Position numbers and translations under genes: made by a program. DNA of 20,000 nucleotides from positions 45,105-65,104 of IMG/VR virus record IMGVR_UViG_3300021197_000193. One strand, written 5' to 3'. Under the pieces are notes generated by a model that saw only the letters and a program-made list of their open reading frames with translations, had not been told where the DNA came from and made no database searches. Below are positions 1-9,746 of the stretch, piece after piece. The stretch is from an uncultured virus (IMG/VR IMGVR_UViG_3300021197_000193) (taxonomy: Duplodnaviria; Heunggongvirae; Uroviricota; Caudoviricetes). How positions within the stretch are numbered: the first letter of the stretch is position 1; each line of letters begins with the position of its first letter.

Positions 1-320
1 AGTTTAACATAGAACAAGACCGTGGGATGCTCGCGCAAGATAAAACTAACCTGTATGGTGCCGAAGGATTACAGCGGCTAGCAAACATGGGCGCAACGCA
101 ACGCGGGATTGAATCGGAAGGCATTACGGCGGATAGACTGCAGTTTGAAGAAGAACGTGACTTCCCATACAAACAGGTGCAGTACATGCAGTCTTTGTTG
201 CAGGGGCTACCGATAGCCGCGCAATCAGTGCAATACGAGGAACCTAGTTACCTACAAAGGATAGCTGCGGGAGCCTCAGATACCGAAACCTTACTGTCAA
301 ACTTGTTTGGACGAGGCTAA
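1..320 (+). CDS. 5'-truncated putative virion/DNA-ejection (pilot-like) protein, C-terminal part
   Basis: The frame is open from position 3 (FNIEQDRG) into ORF 27..320, so the real start is outside the window. Gln-rich helical sequence (QFEEERDFPYKQVQYMQSLLQGLP), located upstream of large internal virion genes. Function inferred from context. Confidence 0.6.
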   Translation, partial: FNIEQDRGMLAQDKTNLYGAEGLQRLANMGATQRGIESEGITADRLQFEEERDFPYKQVQYMQSLLQGLPIAAQSVQYEEPSYLQRIAAGASDTETLLSNLFGRG

Positions 321-321
321 T

Positions 322-2616
322 ATGGCGTTAGAAACTGGTGGGCTTGACGCCCAAATCGAACAGCGAATGGACGCCTATCGTGGCAACCCGCAAAAGTTAC
401 AGCAGCGTTACGGGGCCAACAAGGAACTCCTAGATTTATTAGCACTGCAAAAACTTACGTCTGAAAAGCAGGCGGCGGCACGCGATATGCAAATGAAAAT
501 GCAGCAGCAGCCCGGCACTATAGCGCAGCAGCGCGAACAACAAGCCTTGGACCTAACAAAACAACAGATGGGTGGTACGCTTGGAGAACTAACGGGACGT
601 ACTGCAGGTACTCTAGGGCAAAAACAAAAACAACAGCAGCAAAATATGCAGCGTATGGCAAAGATGCAGCCGCGCAAACCCGCAGGTATCGCAGGACTTC
701 CGGGCCTTGCAGGTGCTGGAGCCAGACCTCCACAAGCGCAGGGTTTAGCAGGTGCACGTATGGCGCAGGCCGCAGCACAAGGCGGTCCAAAAAGAATGGC
801 AAGTGGGGGCATCGTGTCGTTTGCGGAAGGCGACCAAGTGTCTAGCCCTATTAGTCGGTTTTTTGAAGGTTTGACTAATAAGTTTGACAAACGGGGCGCA
901 CGAAACAAATTAGAGGCGGCGGTCCGTCAAAAATATGGACCCTTTGCAACGGCTGACGGACTGTTTACTCCGCAGTCTGAAAAACAACAAACGTATGCTA
1001 AAGACGTTATTAGCATGATAGACTCACTAAGCGACCAAGAATTACAAACACTTGCTAACGCCCCCTTTACTTCAAGTATGAACGAAGCGCAGCTACAAGC
1101 GTTACCACGTTTGCCCGGCGATGTAGGTCGTCCTGACTTTGTTCCTGATAACTACGAGCCGGGGACTGTGGTTTCTAGTGATCCCACCCTGCCATCTAGA
1201 CCTGTACCTGATACAGTGGCAAGCCCTACTTCGGTAGACCCTACTACTTCGGCAGACCCTACTACAGGTACTGTGACGTTTGCACCTGTGGAGCAGGAAG
1301 ACTTTTTTAAGGACGTACCTACATCGTACGACCCCGTAGCACCAGAAAAGGCGGATAAATCAGCGCTAAATACATCTATTACTGACATGACGGACCAAGC
1401 GGGAAAAACTCCTACTAGAGCGAGCGTGGACTCTCTACAAGCTGCACCATTAGAAGCGGTAGCTGCACCGTACACAGAATCAGAACAGAAATTAGCTGAC
1501 GAACTTTCAGAACGCTACGTTGCGGATTCAAACGAAAAACCTTTAGAAAGACTTGACGCGGCACGGGCCAGTTCTGATGAGTATTTTGACCGCGCAGGTG
1601 TAGCAGCGCTTTACGACCAACAAGAAAAAGATGAGCGTGCTCTACAAGCTGACATATTAAGCCCGTCAAAACTTAAACGGCTACGCAGATTGCGGGCGAT
1701 GTCTGGCGCAAGACGTGGGCTTGGGGGTATCACCGATGCGTACTTGGGCGAATTAGATAAACAAGCAACAGACCGTAGCGCAGGACTTACAACCTTACGG
1801 GGTATTCAAGACACAGGGGTAACCAGCGACTACAATATTGCCTCCAAAGGAGCAGCTTCAGGGGAAAACGCAGCACTGCGGGCCGAGAACAGACGCACTA
1901 CAGGTATGGGTGGGTTGCAGGGGATTCTGGATCAAGGACAAGAACGCGCGTTACAGGGGCAACGAGAAGAAAACGACGTCCGCGCGCTTAACTTCCAAGC
2001 AGACAGCGCCATTGCGGAGGGTAATTTCAACGCCGCAAGAGAAGCGTACAACCGTCAAGGTAGCGCACTTCGTAAAGTTGTTCAGATGAACATAGATGAT
2101 GTTAACAACCAAGTTAAAACAAACTTGTCTATTTCTGAAGACCAAAACTCAGCGATGCGCGACGCACTGGAAGCCAAGCTAGAAGTCGCAAAAGCAAAAT
2201 CTAAAGCGCGGTACGAGCAAAATGTTGCATTAATGAACAACGAGGTGGAGCTGCAAAAACTGCTAGACGCGCGCGCTGCAACTGTTAACGCCAGCGTAGA
2301 AGAAGTTTTGAAGAATGACCCAACAGTTATGGCGCTACGAGCTAAACAAGCTGAGTTGGCAGCGACAGAAAACGAACCTGAACTTAGAAAAATTAACGAA
2401 CAACTAGAGAGGCTTAGACGTGCTACCATAGAAGTGCTTGTTAGCCGATACGATACTTTTGCTGATATGTACGCAGAAACAGCCGATTTAGCCGAACGTA
2501 TCATGCAGGTTAGGGCGGGGAATACTATGGTGTCTAGCACGCGTAGTGAATTAAACCCCAATGATATTGTAGATCGTACTCGCCTTGACTATCAACCATC
2601 GGTTCCAAACCCATAA
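322..2616 (+). CDS. Putative internal virion / ejection protein (~764 aa)
   Basis: Long ORF. Preferred start is ATG 322 with GAGG at 313-316, rather than TTG 307. Gln-rich coiled-coil N-terminus, MASGGIVSFAEG motif, Pro/Thr-rich linker, helical C-terminus; no enzyme motif seen. Confidence 0.6.
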   Translation: MALETGGLDAQIEQRMDAYRGNPQKLQQRYGANKELLDLLALQKLTSEKQAAARDMQMKMQQQPGTIAQQREQQALDLTKQQMGGTLGELTGRTAGTLGQKQKQQQQNMQRMAKMQPRKPAGIAGLPGLAGAGARPPQAQGLAGARMAQAAAQGGPKRMASGGIVSFAEGDQVSSPISRFFEGLTNKFDKRGARNKLEAAVRQKYGPFATADGLFTPQSEKQQTYAKDVISMIDSLSDQELQTLANAPFTSSMNEAQLQALPRLPGDVGRPDFVPDNYEPGTVVSSDPTLPSRPVPDTVASPTSVDPTTSADPTTGTVTFAPVEQEDFFKDVPTSYDPVAPEKADKSALNTSITDMTDQAGKTPTRASVDSLQAAPLEAVAAPYTESEQKLADELSERYVADSNEKPLERLDAARASSDEYFDRAGVAALYDQQEKDERALQADILSPSKLKRLRRLRAMSGARRGLGGITDAYLGELDKQATDRSAGLTTLRGIQDTGVTSDYNIASKGAASGENAALRAENRRTTGMGGLQGILDQGQERALQGQREENDVRALNFQADSAIAEGNFNAAREAYNRQGSALRKVVQMNIDDVNNQVKTNLSISEDQNSAMRDALEAKLEVAKAKSKARYEQNVALMNNEVELQKLLDARAATVNASVEEVLKNDPTVMALRAKQAELAATENEPELRKINEQLERLRRATIEVLVSRYDTFADMYAETADLAERIMQVRAGNTMVSSTRSELNPNDIVDRTRLDYQPSVPNP
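1226..1265 (+). repeat. 18-bp in-frame tandem repeat (2.2 copies)
   Basis: CTACTTCGGTAGACCCTA (1226-1243), CTACTTCGGCAGACCCTA (1244-1261), then CTAC; encodes TSVDPT-TSADPT. Confidence 0.85.
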
Positions 2617-2630
2617 TATAAGGTCATATA

Positions 2631-5600
2631 ATGGCACTGTACCAATTAACTGACCGCCGCGGGAACAAAATACAGGTAGAAGGCCCAGAAGGCGCTACCA
2701 CAGAACAACTTGTGTCAATATACAACCGCACGATGGTAGAGCGCAGGCGCGAACCAGAACGTAGGTTCCGTGCAGGGTTGGAAGATTATTTCGGTACGCA
2801 AGAAAACATAGCGGAGCAGATAGCGCGTAGTAGAAAACCTACGGTGGGCGACTATTTTGGTGAAGTTCCAAAAGGTCTTATTGGCGGCGCTGCGGGGTTA
2901 GTAGAACAGGGCGCGTTAGGTCTTGCGGCATTACTACCAGAAGATGCAGAAAATGTTGTCCGTGATGGGATAAAATCTGTGGGCGGCGCGGTGCAAGATT
3001 ATGTAGCCCCAGACTTTAACTTAGAAGATAGCATCCCCCGCAAACTTAGCGAAGCAGGTGGTTCTTTTGCGGGTCTTGTTGGTGCGTCTCTTATAAACCC
3101 TATAGCAGGGGGCACATTGGCGGTAGCCGCGGGGTCTGGAGAAGCTAGCGAACGTGCGCGAGCCGCAGGTGCTACACAGGAACAACGTAACCTAGCAGCG
3201 TTACAGGGTATACTCCCGGGCGCACTTGAGCTTATCCCTGTAGGACGTTTAGTCAAAGGGATTAAACAAGTATATAAGGGTGAAGCTAAACCCGTCGAAC
3301 TTATAAAGAACCGCATCCAACGTGCATCGCGCGAAGGTGGTATAGAAGCCGCGCAAGAAGTTGCGTCTGGTATTGCCCAAAACATGATAGAGCAGGGGTA
3401 CAACCCCGAGCAAGGTACGTTTGAAGGTAGCGGAGAAGCCGCAGGGTACGGCGGTGCCGTAGGGTTTTTAGCGCAAAGCCTGCTTGACCTTGCTACACCT
3501 AGAACCCGTGGCAGTGCGGCAGATGTAGAACCAGAAGAAACACTTGCTTTACCTGCACCGGACACAGGTATTGCGGGGCTTTTACCTGCACCACCAAAAC
3601 AACTTGCCGACCAACGTAAACCTTTGGGTAATGCGCAAGCTCGCGCAGATGTAGGCAGAATAATTGATTCTACAGGGGATGTAACCCTTGGAGAGATGGA
3701 AGACATTGTAGCGCGAACAGGTATATCTCTGCCTGACCTTGAAACTGTTGTTTCTGAAGAAATGCAGAAACGTGGCACTAAGCTAGCGCAACGTGCGCAA
3801 GAAGAAATCGAAGATGAGCTTACTACTCCAGAAGTAGAACGCCCACCGTCCCGTATGGACACCGCTGTAGCAGATGCGTTGGCAGGTAGAAACGCAGTGC
3901 AAGAGGCAGCACGCAGACGTGAAGAACAAGCTGCATTAGAACGTGACGATGTAGCCGCGTACGAGCAACCCGACCTGTTAGCCGCAGAATTAGAAGCGGA
4001 ACGTAAAATATCACCAGAGGCTGCGGCACAAGATGCAGCGCGTCCTGCACCGCCGAACGTGGAGCTAGATGAACAAGGTAAAGTACGAGAAATAAAAGAA
4101 GAAGAAGTTTTACCAATACAGGGGCCACGAAGACGTGACCTTGTAGATTTAATAAGTGAAGAAAGTGCACTTGCTAAAGAAATTGAAGCGGAAGAAACGG
4201 TAAAACGTCAGCAAGAGCAAACAAGGGCCGAGTCTACCGCGGAAACCGCGCAGGGTAAATTAGACGCAGATCGTGCAGCGCAAACCGAAGCTACGCGCAC
4301 CAAAGTGTTGCAGGACACAGTGGCTAATGCAGGCGAAGTACGTAGACCAGAAGCGTTGCGTAGGCTGTACGAAACCGCGTTGACAGAAGCGGGAATTACA
4401 AACCCCAAAGCCACATCACAAGAAATGGAAAGCCTGCGCCGTGCGTCTAATGTCATACGGGCAAAAGACCCTGTAGCAGACGCCGCCGCCGCGCAAGAGG
4501 GAATCAAAGACCCAGCACAAGTAAAATTGGAAGCTATGGTAACTCCCAAAGAAAGGCGGCGAAATGTTAGACCAGTTGACCCAGAGACAGGTGGAGATGG
4601 CGTTTCGTCTGCTGGACAAGGCAGTACAGTCGGAGCCGCCCCAACCGCTGCGAGTACCGCCAACATTACAGCACCTAACGACAGCGGAATGGGACGCCCT
4701 GTGTCTGGCGTTGGAGGAACTACTGCACCAGAAGGAGCGCAGTCAGATACACTAAATCTGGACGCAGCTATTTTAGAAGCTGTAACAGACCCTGATCCTG
4801 TTACGCCTCCCGTAGAGCAGAAAAAACGGCCCGAGGCAGGACCCAAGTCAAAACGTGTTACACAGAAAACTAAACGTACGGATACCTCCGGTAGACGTAA
4901 AGTATTACCTACGTTTCCAGAAAAACAAACACTTACAAAAGTATCGAAAGACCTGAAGCGCAGGGGTCCAGCGGGTTCGTCTGTTCGTGGTACTCGTAAA
5001 GTCCAAGCCAAAGAAGACACTACACGCGCCGAGCTACGTAAACGGTGGGATGAAACTGCGCCAGCCGTGGTCAAACAAGACACCCAGACCACAGACACTT
5101 TGGTCAAAGGCGATGTGCTATCGAATAGTGACAATAAGAAAACTCTAAACTTCTTGGAGGGTAAGGTTACTACCCGTGACAAGGTTGGGCTTGCCGCTAA
5201 ACGCTACCTGTCTATGCACCCGAACCCAGAAGAAGGTTTGTTTGTAGCATTGTTCGATATGGTAAACCGCACGCCTAAGTTTTCTGGGCGTGAAAAAGGC
5301 ATGACCGATGCGCAAGCCGAGTTACGCAAAGGTACAAGTGACGTGCAAGGCGCACGCGCTGTATACTGGGCCATGAACAACCTGAGTCCACAAACACAGA
5401 AGTGGATGGACGAAACTAAAGCCGAGATACAAAAACAGTTAGATGCTGTTACGGGGTTAGACTACGCGGCGCGGACAGAATCACCTTTGACTATACGACA
5501 ACGCATAGAGAACGCTGCCCGTGCTATTAAAGAGCGCGAAGCGGTAACAGTGAAGACGGGAGTTACAGTTCAGACATCAGAAGCTGTAGAAGCTATGCCT

Positions 5601-8600
5601 GAAGGTCAGTACAGACCCCGTAGAAAAACAGGCAAGACTGCGTATGAAGCATATTTATCGGATCAGTACACCGCCGAAGAACGCAAAGCTATTGCCAAAG
5701 ACGATGACCTTGCGCTTAAAACATACGCAGACTTTGAGTTTCTACAGAAGCAAGGATTTGCCCTAGAAAAAGACGCGGTGGTTGGGCTAGATGCGGCACC
5801 CCACCCTACAGTTATGCAGGCCATAAAACGTGGTGATCTTAAAGCCGCGCTTGCCGCACTAGCCAACACAAACGGTAACGCACAGGTGCGAGAGCTAGCC
5901 GCTAAGTTTGCCAATGTAGCAGGTGACACAAAACTTGTTATAGTGAAGAACCTGAAGGCCGAAGACGGACGCCCCGCTGCAGGATTGTTTGATCCTAAGA
6001 CCAACACGATATCGCTAGACGCAGATACTGGTATCAACACGCACACGTTGATGCACGAAATGTCTCACGCAGGCATGTCAGCGGCATTGGCTGACCCTAA
6101 GAATGGGTTTGGTATTCAGCTTAAAAAGCTGTTCAAAGACTTGGATGGTCTGCTAGGTACAGCTTACGGCTCAAAAGACCCTGATGAATTTTTATCTGAG
6201 GCGATGAGCAATCCAGAGTTCCGATCAGAACTTGCAAGCATAAACCCAAAAGGCGAACCTGTTAGCGCACTGCAACGTTTCTTTAATATGGCTAACAACT
6301 TTTTGAGTAGGTTTGTGCCGTTTATTAAATCTCGTAACCTGACCGCTTTGCAAGAAGTAGACAGTCTTGTAGATGCGTTGTTAGCCCCTGCACCCATGTA
6401 TCGTTACGCCAACCAGATGGCAATGATGACTACCGCCGATGGTGTTAGGAAGTTTACACGAGACGCAGTTGATGCAACGCAGAAGGCTATAAACAAAGAA
6501 AGCCGAGAGCAATTCAGGTTCAACGTGCGGGACTTCTTTACCCAAGGGTTCTCAAAGAAAACCAAAAACCTGCTACTTAAACTTACTGGCTCTCAAGGGT
6601 TAGGCGACATTGCGGAAGCAGTTGGCTTGGGCAGAATGGGCCACGATTTGGATGAGTTGATATCCAACCAACGAGGAGAAATCCAAACCGCAAACGAACT
6701 TATTAAAAGAAAGATCAAGGAAATCCTAACCAAGTTAAACAAGGGTACGGACGAGCAGGCGCAAAAACGCCGAGAAGCCTTAGATCGTTTGATCTATGAT
6801 AACGACTACGGTGCCACTATCTATCAGGTAGACCCTACAAAACCAAAGGGTACATACATTAACAAAGACGGTAGCCCTCGTATAGACAACGATGGCAATG
6901 ATCTGTTGGAGGTATGGAACAAGCAACGTAAAGACTGGAAAGCATTAGGACCAGAGGGGCGAGCTGTATATAACGAGATGCGAGCAGTGTACAAAGGTCA
7001 GTACGAAAAGCTCAAAGCCGTTATCCTGAAACAGATTGACGAGTTGGTGCAGAACCCTGACGATGCTAAAAAACTGAAGAAGGACATCTTTGCCAGATTG
7101 TTCGATGCTAGCACCCTAGATGTGTACTTCCCGCTTATGCGTGACGGTGATTACGTGCTACGTTATGAGGTCAAGAACCCTAAGTCGTCACGCGAAGCCA
7201 CTGTGGTGCAGACATTTACTACAGACGCAGAACGTCAAGACGCTGCCAAGATGTTCCGAGCGAACAAAGACTATAAGAATGTAGAGATTGTTGACGAAGT
7301 GTCCGCGAACACCTTCAGGGGTACAGGCGTAGACCCAAGTTTTGCATACGAAGCCCTAAGTATTTTGGACAAAAACAAAGTCCCACAAGACGTAAAAGAT
7401 CAGGTAATCAAACTGTTTATAAACTCGCTACCTGAGACATCGTTTGCCAAGTCATTGCAGAAACGTAAAGGCACCCCGGGGTACATGCAGGATTCTGTGT
7501 ATGCTCTTAAGACAAAGGGCTACAGTCTTGCTAGTCAAACAGTCAAACTAAAATACGGGGCACTTTTGCGTCAGTATGAAGCTGACCTTGATACATTACC
7601 CTTTAATGCGATGTTTAAAGTTCCAAAAGCAAAGAGCTTGGTAGGGAAGAACACGGAACGGCTTACCGCTGCGTTTGGTGATGTAAAGGCAGAATTAAAA
7701 GACCGTGCGCAGTTTGCACGAAAAGGCGCGGACAACAAAAGCATAGAAGCGGTAGCCCGTAGACTGAACCAGACCGCGTTTATATACACCATCGGCTTTA
7801 ACGCATCGTCTGCTCTGGTCAACCTGTCGCAAATCCCGTTGTTCGTTGCCCCGTTTTTGGGCGGGAAACATGGGTACGTAAAAACGTACGCCGCTATTAA
7901 ATCTGCCTACGGTAATACATTACTGGGTGGTAAGCGTGGCGGCAAAACAAATTCAATACTAGATTTTTATGACATATCTGACAAAGGTACATTCACCCTG
8001 AAAAAAGGTTTAGAGTTACCTGAAGGGAAAGAAGCCGAACTACGCAACATGACCGCCTTGGTGCAAACTGCATCTCAACGGGGCTTGTTGGGCCAAGGGT
8101 TCTTAGCAGAAGCTATGGGGTTGAACGAGACTAGCCGCATCAAAAAGGGCGGTAAAATAGGCAACGCTATGGACAATGCGTCCGTGCTATCCGCATGGCT
8201 GTTTAACCACGCAGAACAACTTAACCGCCAAGTAACTTTAATGGCTTCGTTCAATCTAGCGTTGCAGGGCATAAAAATAAAAAACTACCTCGACACTAAC
8301 AAGTTAGACGACACTCCCGCCAATCGTACCAAGGCAGAAAAGAAAACGACTGGTAAAGACCCTAGCGAAGCACAAATAGAAGAAGCCGTGCGGCAAGCCA
8401 TTTATGATACACAGCAAACAAACGGTGGCACGTTCTTGGAGACTGCCCCGAGTATTGCGCGGGAAGGTATCGGGCGCGTTGCGTTTATGTATAAAAACTA
8501 CGGCCTGCAAATGTACTACACCATGTTTAAGACCGCAAAGATTGCATTGGACAGTGATAAAGGTAGATTGTTTGGCCCAGAAGGGTCACCCGAACGTAAG

Positions 8601-9446
8601 GCCGCGGTAAAACAACTTATCGGTATGCACGGATCGGCGTTGTTTTTTGCAGGGGTACAAGGACTACCATTGTACGGCGCAGTAAAACTTATGGTTAACC
8701 TGTTCTTATTGGATGAGGAAGAGGAAGATTTTGATACAATCGTGCGACAGTATATGGGTGAGGGTTGGTATAAAGGCGCGATAACCCAGTTCGCAGGGAT
8801 CGACGTGGCAGGGCGTATGGCGCTTACTGGACTTCTGATCCAAGAGAACCGCTATAACAACAACCCATCCCTAGAAGAAACAATCGGGTTCTACGCAGGT
8901 GGACCCGCACTTAGCGTTGCTAATCGTCTGTACCGTGGAGGTTCCGATTTACTGGCAGGGGAAACACAGCGTGGCATGGAAAGCATATTACCTGCAGGGG
9001 TGACCAACGCATACAGAGCAGCGTTTGGTAGGTATGCACAACAAGGCGGCGCGTTCACTAGACGTAACGACCCTATCTACGATGATGTTACCAATGGCGA
9101 ATTACTGATGTGGGGGCTTGGGTTCCCTCCTACAGAATACACATTCCGTCAGGAACAAAACTCTATCACCAAACGTATAGACATCGCTGTAAACAAGAAA
9201 CGATCCGCGCTAAACAAAAAATACTACGTTGCCTCGCGTATGGGAGATTACAGTGAGATGATGCAAGTCTATAAAGATATGCTTAAATTCAACAAGCGTC
9301 ATCCAGAGGCTGCTATTACCCCAGAGTCCATAGATCGTTCCATGAAGCGCCACGCAGAGACTACGGAAAACATGCACAATGGCGCGTCGTTTAGCACTAC
9401 GTACGGTGCCGCAGTTCAAGACATACGGAACGCCTTCAAGCAATAA
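2631..9446 (+). CDS. Giant virion/ejected polyvalent-type protein (2271 aa) with zincin-like HExxH metallopeptidase motif and PLxRFG-like domain
   Basis: AGLFDPKTNTISL...THTLMHEMSHA...DEFLSEAMSNPEF (HExxH at 6054-6068, downstream Glu). YFPLMRDGDY at ~7125-7154. Gly/Ala-rich N-terminal helices, a low-complexity linker and a long helical C-terminus with hydrophobic segments. Last gene of the + strand arm. Confidence 0.7.
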   Translation: MALYQLTDRRGNKIQVEGPEGATTEQLVSIYNRTMVERRREPERRFRAGLEDYFGTQENIAEQIARSRKPTVGDYFGEVPKGLIGGAAGLVEQGALGLAALLPEDAENVVRDGIKSVGGAVQDYVAPDFNLEDSIPRKLSEAGGSFAGLVGASLINPIAGGTLAVAAGSGEASERARAAGATQEQRNLAALQGILPGALELIPVGRLVKGIKQVYKGEAKPVELIKNRIQRASREGGIEAAQEVASGIAQNMIEQGYNPEQGTFEGSGEAAGYGGAVGFLAQSLLDLATPRTRGSAADVEPEETLALPAPDTGIAGLLPAPPKQLADQRKPLGNAQARADVGRIIDSTGDVTLGEMEDIVARTGISLPDLETVVSEEMQKRGTKLAQRAQEEIEDELTTPEVERPPSRMDTAVADALAGRNAVQEAARRREEQAALERDDVAAYEQPDLLAAELEAERKISPEAAAQDAARPAPPNVELDEQGKVREIKEEEVLPIQGPRRRDLVDLISEESALAKEIEAEETVKRQQEQTRAESTAETAQGKLDADRAAQTEATRTKVLQDTVANAGEVRRPEALRRLYETALTEAGITNPKATSQEMESLRRASNVIRAKDPVADAAAAQEGIKDPAQVKLEAMVTPKERRRNVRPVDPETGGDGVSSAGQGSTVGAAPTAASTANITAPNDSGMGRPVSGVGGTTAPEGAQSDTLNLDAAILEAVTDPDPVTPPVEQKKRPEAGPKSKRVTQKTKRTDTSGRRKVLPTFPEKQTLTKVSKDLKRRGPAGSSVRGTRKVQAKEDTTRAELRKRWDETAPAVVKQDTQTTDTLVKGDVLSNSDNKKTLNFLEGKVTTRDKVGLAAKRYLSMHPNPEEGLFVALFDMVNRTPKFSGREKGMTDAQAELRKGTSDVQGARAVYWAMNNLSPQTQKWMDETKAEIQKQLDAVTGLDYAARTESPLTIRQRIENAARAIKEREAVTVKTGVTVQTSEAVEAMPEGQYRPRRKTGKTAYEAYLSDQYTAEERKAIAKDDDLALKTYADFEFLQKQGFALEKDAVVGLDAAPHPTVMQAIKRGDLKAALAALANTNGNAQVRELAAKFANVAGDTKLVIVKNLKAEDGRPAAGLFDPKTNTISLDADTGINTHTLMHEMSHAGMSAALADPKNGFGIQLKKLFKDLDGLLGTAYGSKDPDEFLSEAMSNPEFRSELASINPKGEPVSALQRFFNMANNFLSRFVPFIKSRNLTALQEVDSLVDALLAPAPMYRYANQMAMMTTADGVRKFTRDAVDATQKAINKESREQFRFNVRDFFTQGFSKKTKNLLLKLTGSQGLGDIAEAVGLGRMGHDLDELISNQRGEIQTANELIKRKIKEILTKLNKGTDEQAQKRREALDRLIYDNDYGATIYQVDPTKPKGTYINKDGSPRIDNDGNDLLEVWNKQRKDWKALGPEGRAVYNEMRAVYKGQYEKLKAVILKQIDELVQNPDDAKKLKKDIFARLFDASTLDVYFPLMRDGDYVLRYEVKNPKSSREATVVQTFTTDAERQDAAKMFRANKDYKNVEIVDEVSANTFRGTGVDPSFAYEALSILDKNKVPQDVKDQVIKLFINSLPETSFAKSLQKRKGTPGYMQDSVYALKTKGYSLASQTVKLKYGALLRQYEADLDTLPFNAMFKVPKAKSLVGKNTERLTAAFGDVKAELKDRAQFARKGADNKSIEAVARRLNQTAFIYTIGFNASSALVNLSQIPLFVAPFLGGKHGYVKTYAAIKSAYGNTLLGGKRGGKTNSILDFYDISDKGTFTLKKGLELPEGKEAELRNMTALVQTASQRGLLGQGFLAEAMGLNETSRIKKGGKIGNAMDNASVLSAWLFNHAEQLNRQVTLMASFNLALQGIKIKNYLDTNKLDDTPANRTKAEKKTTGKDPSEAQIEEAVRQAIYDTQQTNGGTFLETAPSIAREGIGRVAFMYKNYGLQMYYTMFKTAKIALDSDKGRLFGPEGSPERKAAVKQLIGMHGSALFFAGVQGLPLYGAVKLMVNLFLLDEEEEDFDTIVRQYMGEGWYKGAITQFAGIDVAGRMALTGLLIQENRYNNNPSLEETIGFYAGGPALSVANRLYRGGSDLLAGETQRGMESILPAGVTNAYRAAFGRYAQQGGAFTRRNDPIYDDVTNGELLMWGLGFPPTEYTFRQEQNSITKRIDIAVNKKRSALNKKYYVASRMGDYSEMMQVYKDMLKFNKRHPEAAITPESIDRSMKRHAETTENMHNGASFSTTYGAAVQDIRNAFKQ

Positions 9447-9469
9447 AAATCCCCCGCGCGAGGCGGGGG
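9445..9469 (-). terminator. Rho-independent terminator of the - strand operon (possibly also acting on the + strand)
   Basis: The - strand reads CCCCCGC-CTCGC-GCGGGGG-ATTTTT: 7-bp GC stem then a T-tract, at the convergence of the two arms. Confidence 0.8.
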
Positions 9470-9510
9470 TAGTAGAGAGGAGAATGACAAGTATGTCGAG
9501 CTTGTCATGT
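9445..9510 (-). ncRNA. Candidate 3'-UTR-derived sRNA: hairpin + anti-SD linker + terminator
   Basis: 8-bp stem AUGACAAG/CUUGUCAU (9508-9484), then single-stranded UCUCCUCUCU, then the terminator hairpin. Confidence 0.35.
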
Positions 9511-9518
9511 ATGATGTA

Positions 9519-9746
9519 TCACACTGTCCTCCATATGCGAACCCCAAACATACCATTTTCAATTCGGACCCGCGTTTCTGCGCCCCACTTTTTGCGTTGC
9601 GCTATATCTTGTAGTTGTTTTCGCGCCTTAATAATGTTGACGCACGGGATGAAAACAGACGCTCCAACCACCATATCATCCCAATTAACAACTATTTTTA
9701 CTTGGTCTGGCGACAGATCATCAGTCTTCAGTGGTTTCTGATACAC
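9519..9746 (-). CDS. Small conserved-type phage protein (75 aa)
   Basis: GTG start overlapping the primase end. The pattern W..M.VG.SVFIP...G.RIWR is one I recognise from small phage proteins; function unknown. Confidence 0.7.
   Translation of the reverse strand: MYQKPLKTDDLSPDQVKIVVNWDDMVVGASVFIPCVNIIKARKQLQDIAQRKKWGAETRVRIENGMFGVRIWRTV

Noticed and set aside
3547..3592. Repeated TTTACCTGCACC (LPAP twice)
   Set aside because: A short peptide-level repeat in a Pro-rich linker with no sign of a DNA-level function.
408..9443. Long - strand ORFs opposite the virion genes (e.g. 2999..3862, 4208..5182)
   Set aside because: Antisense shadows of real genes; Ser-rich, with no recognisable motifs.
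9513..9541. Possible promoter TTCGCA-N17-TACATC for the 3' sRNA
   Set aside because: The match to consensus is too weak to support from sequence alone.
9379..9741. + strand 120-aa ORF crossing the convergence point
   Set aside because: It runs through the terminator and is antisense to the credible 75-aa gene, with no recognisable features. A short version from ATG 9493 cannot be fully excluded.
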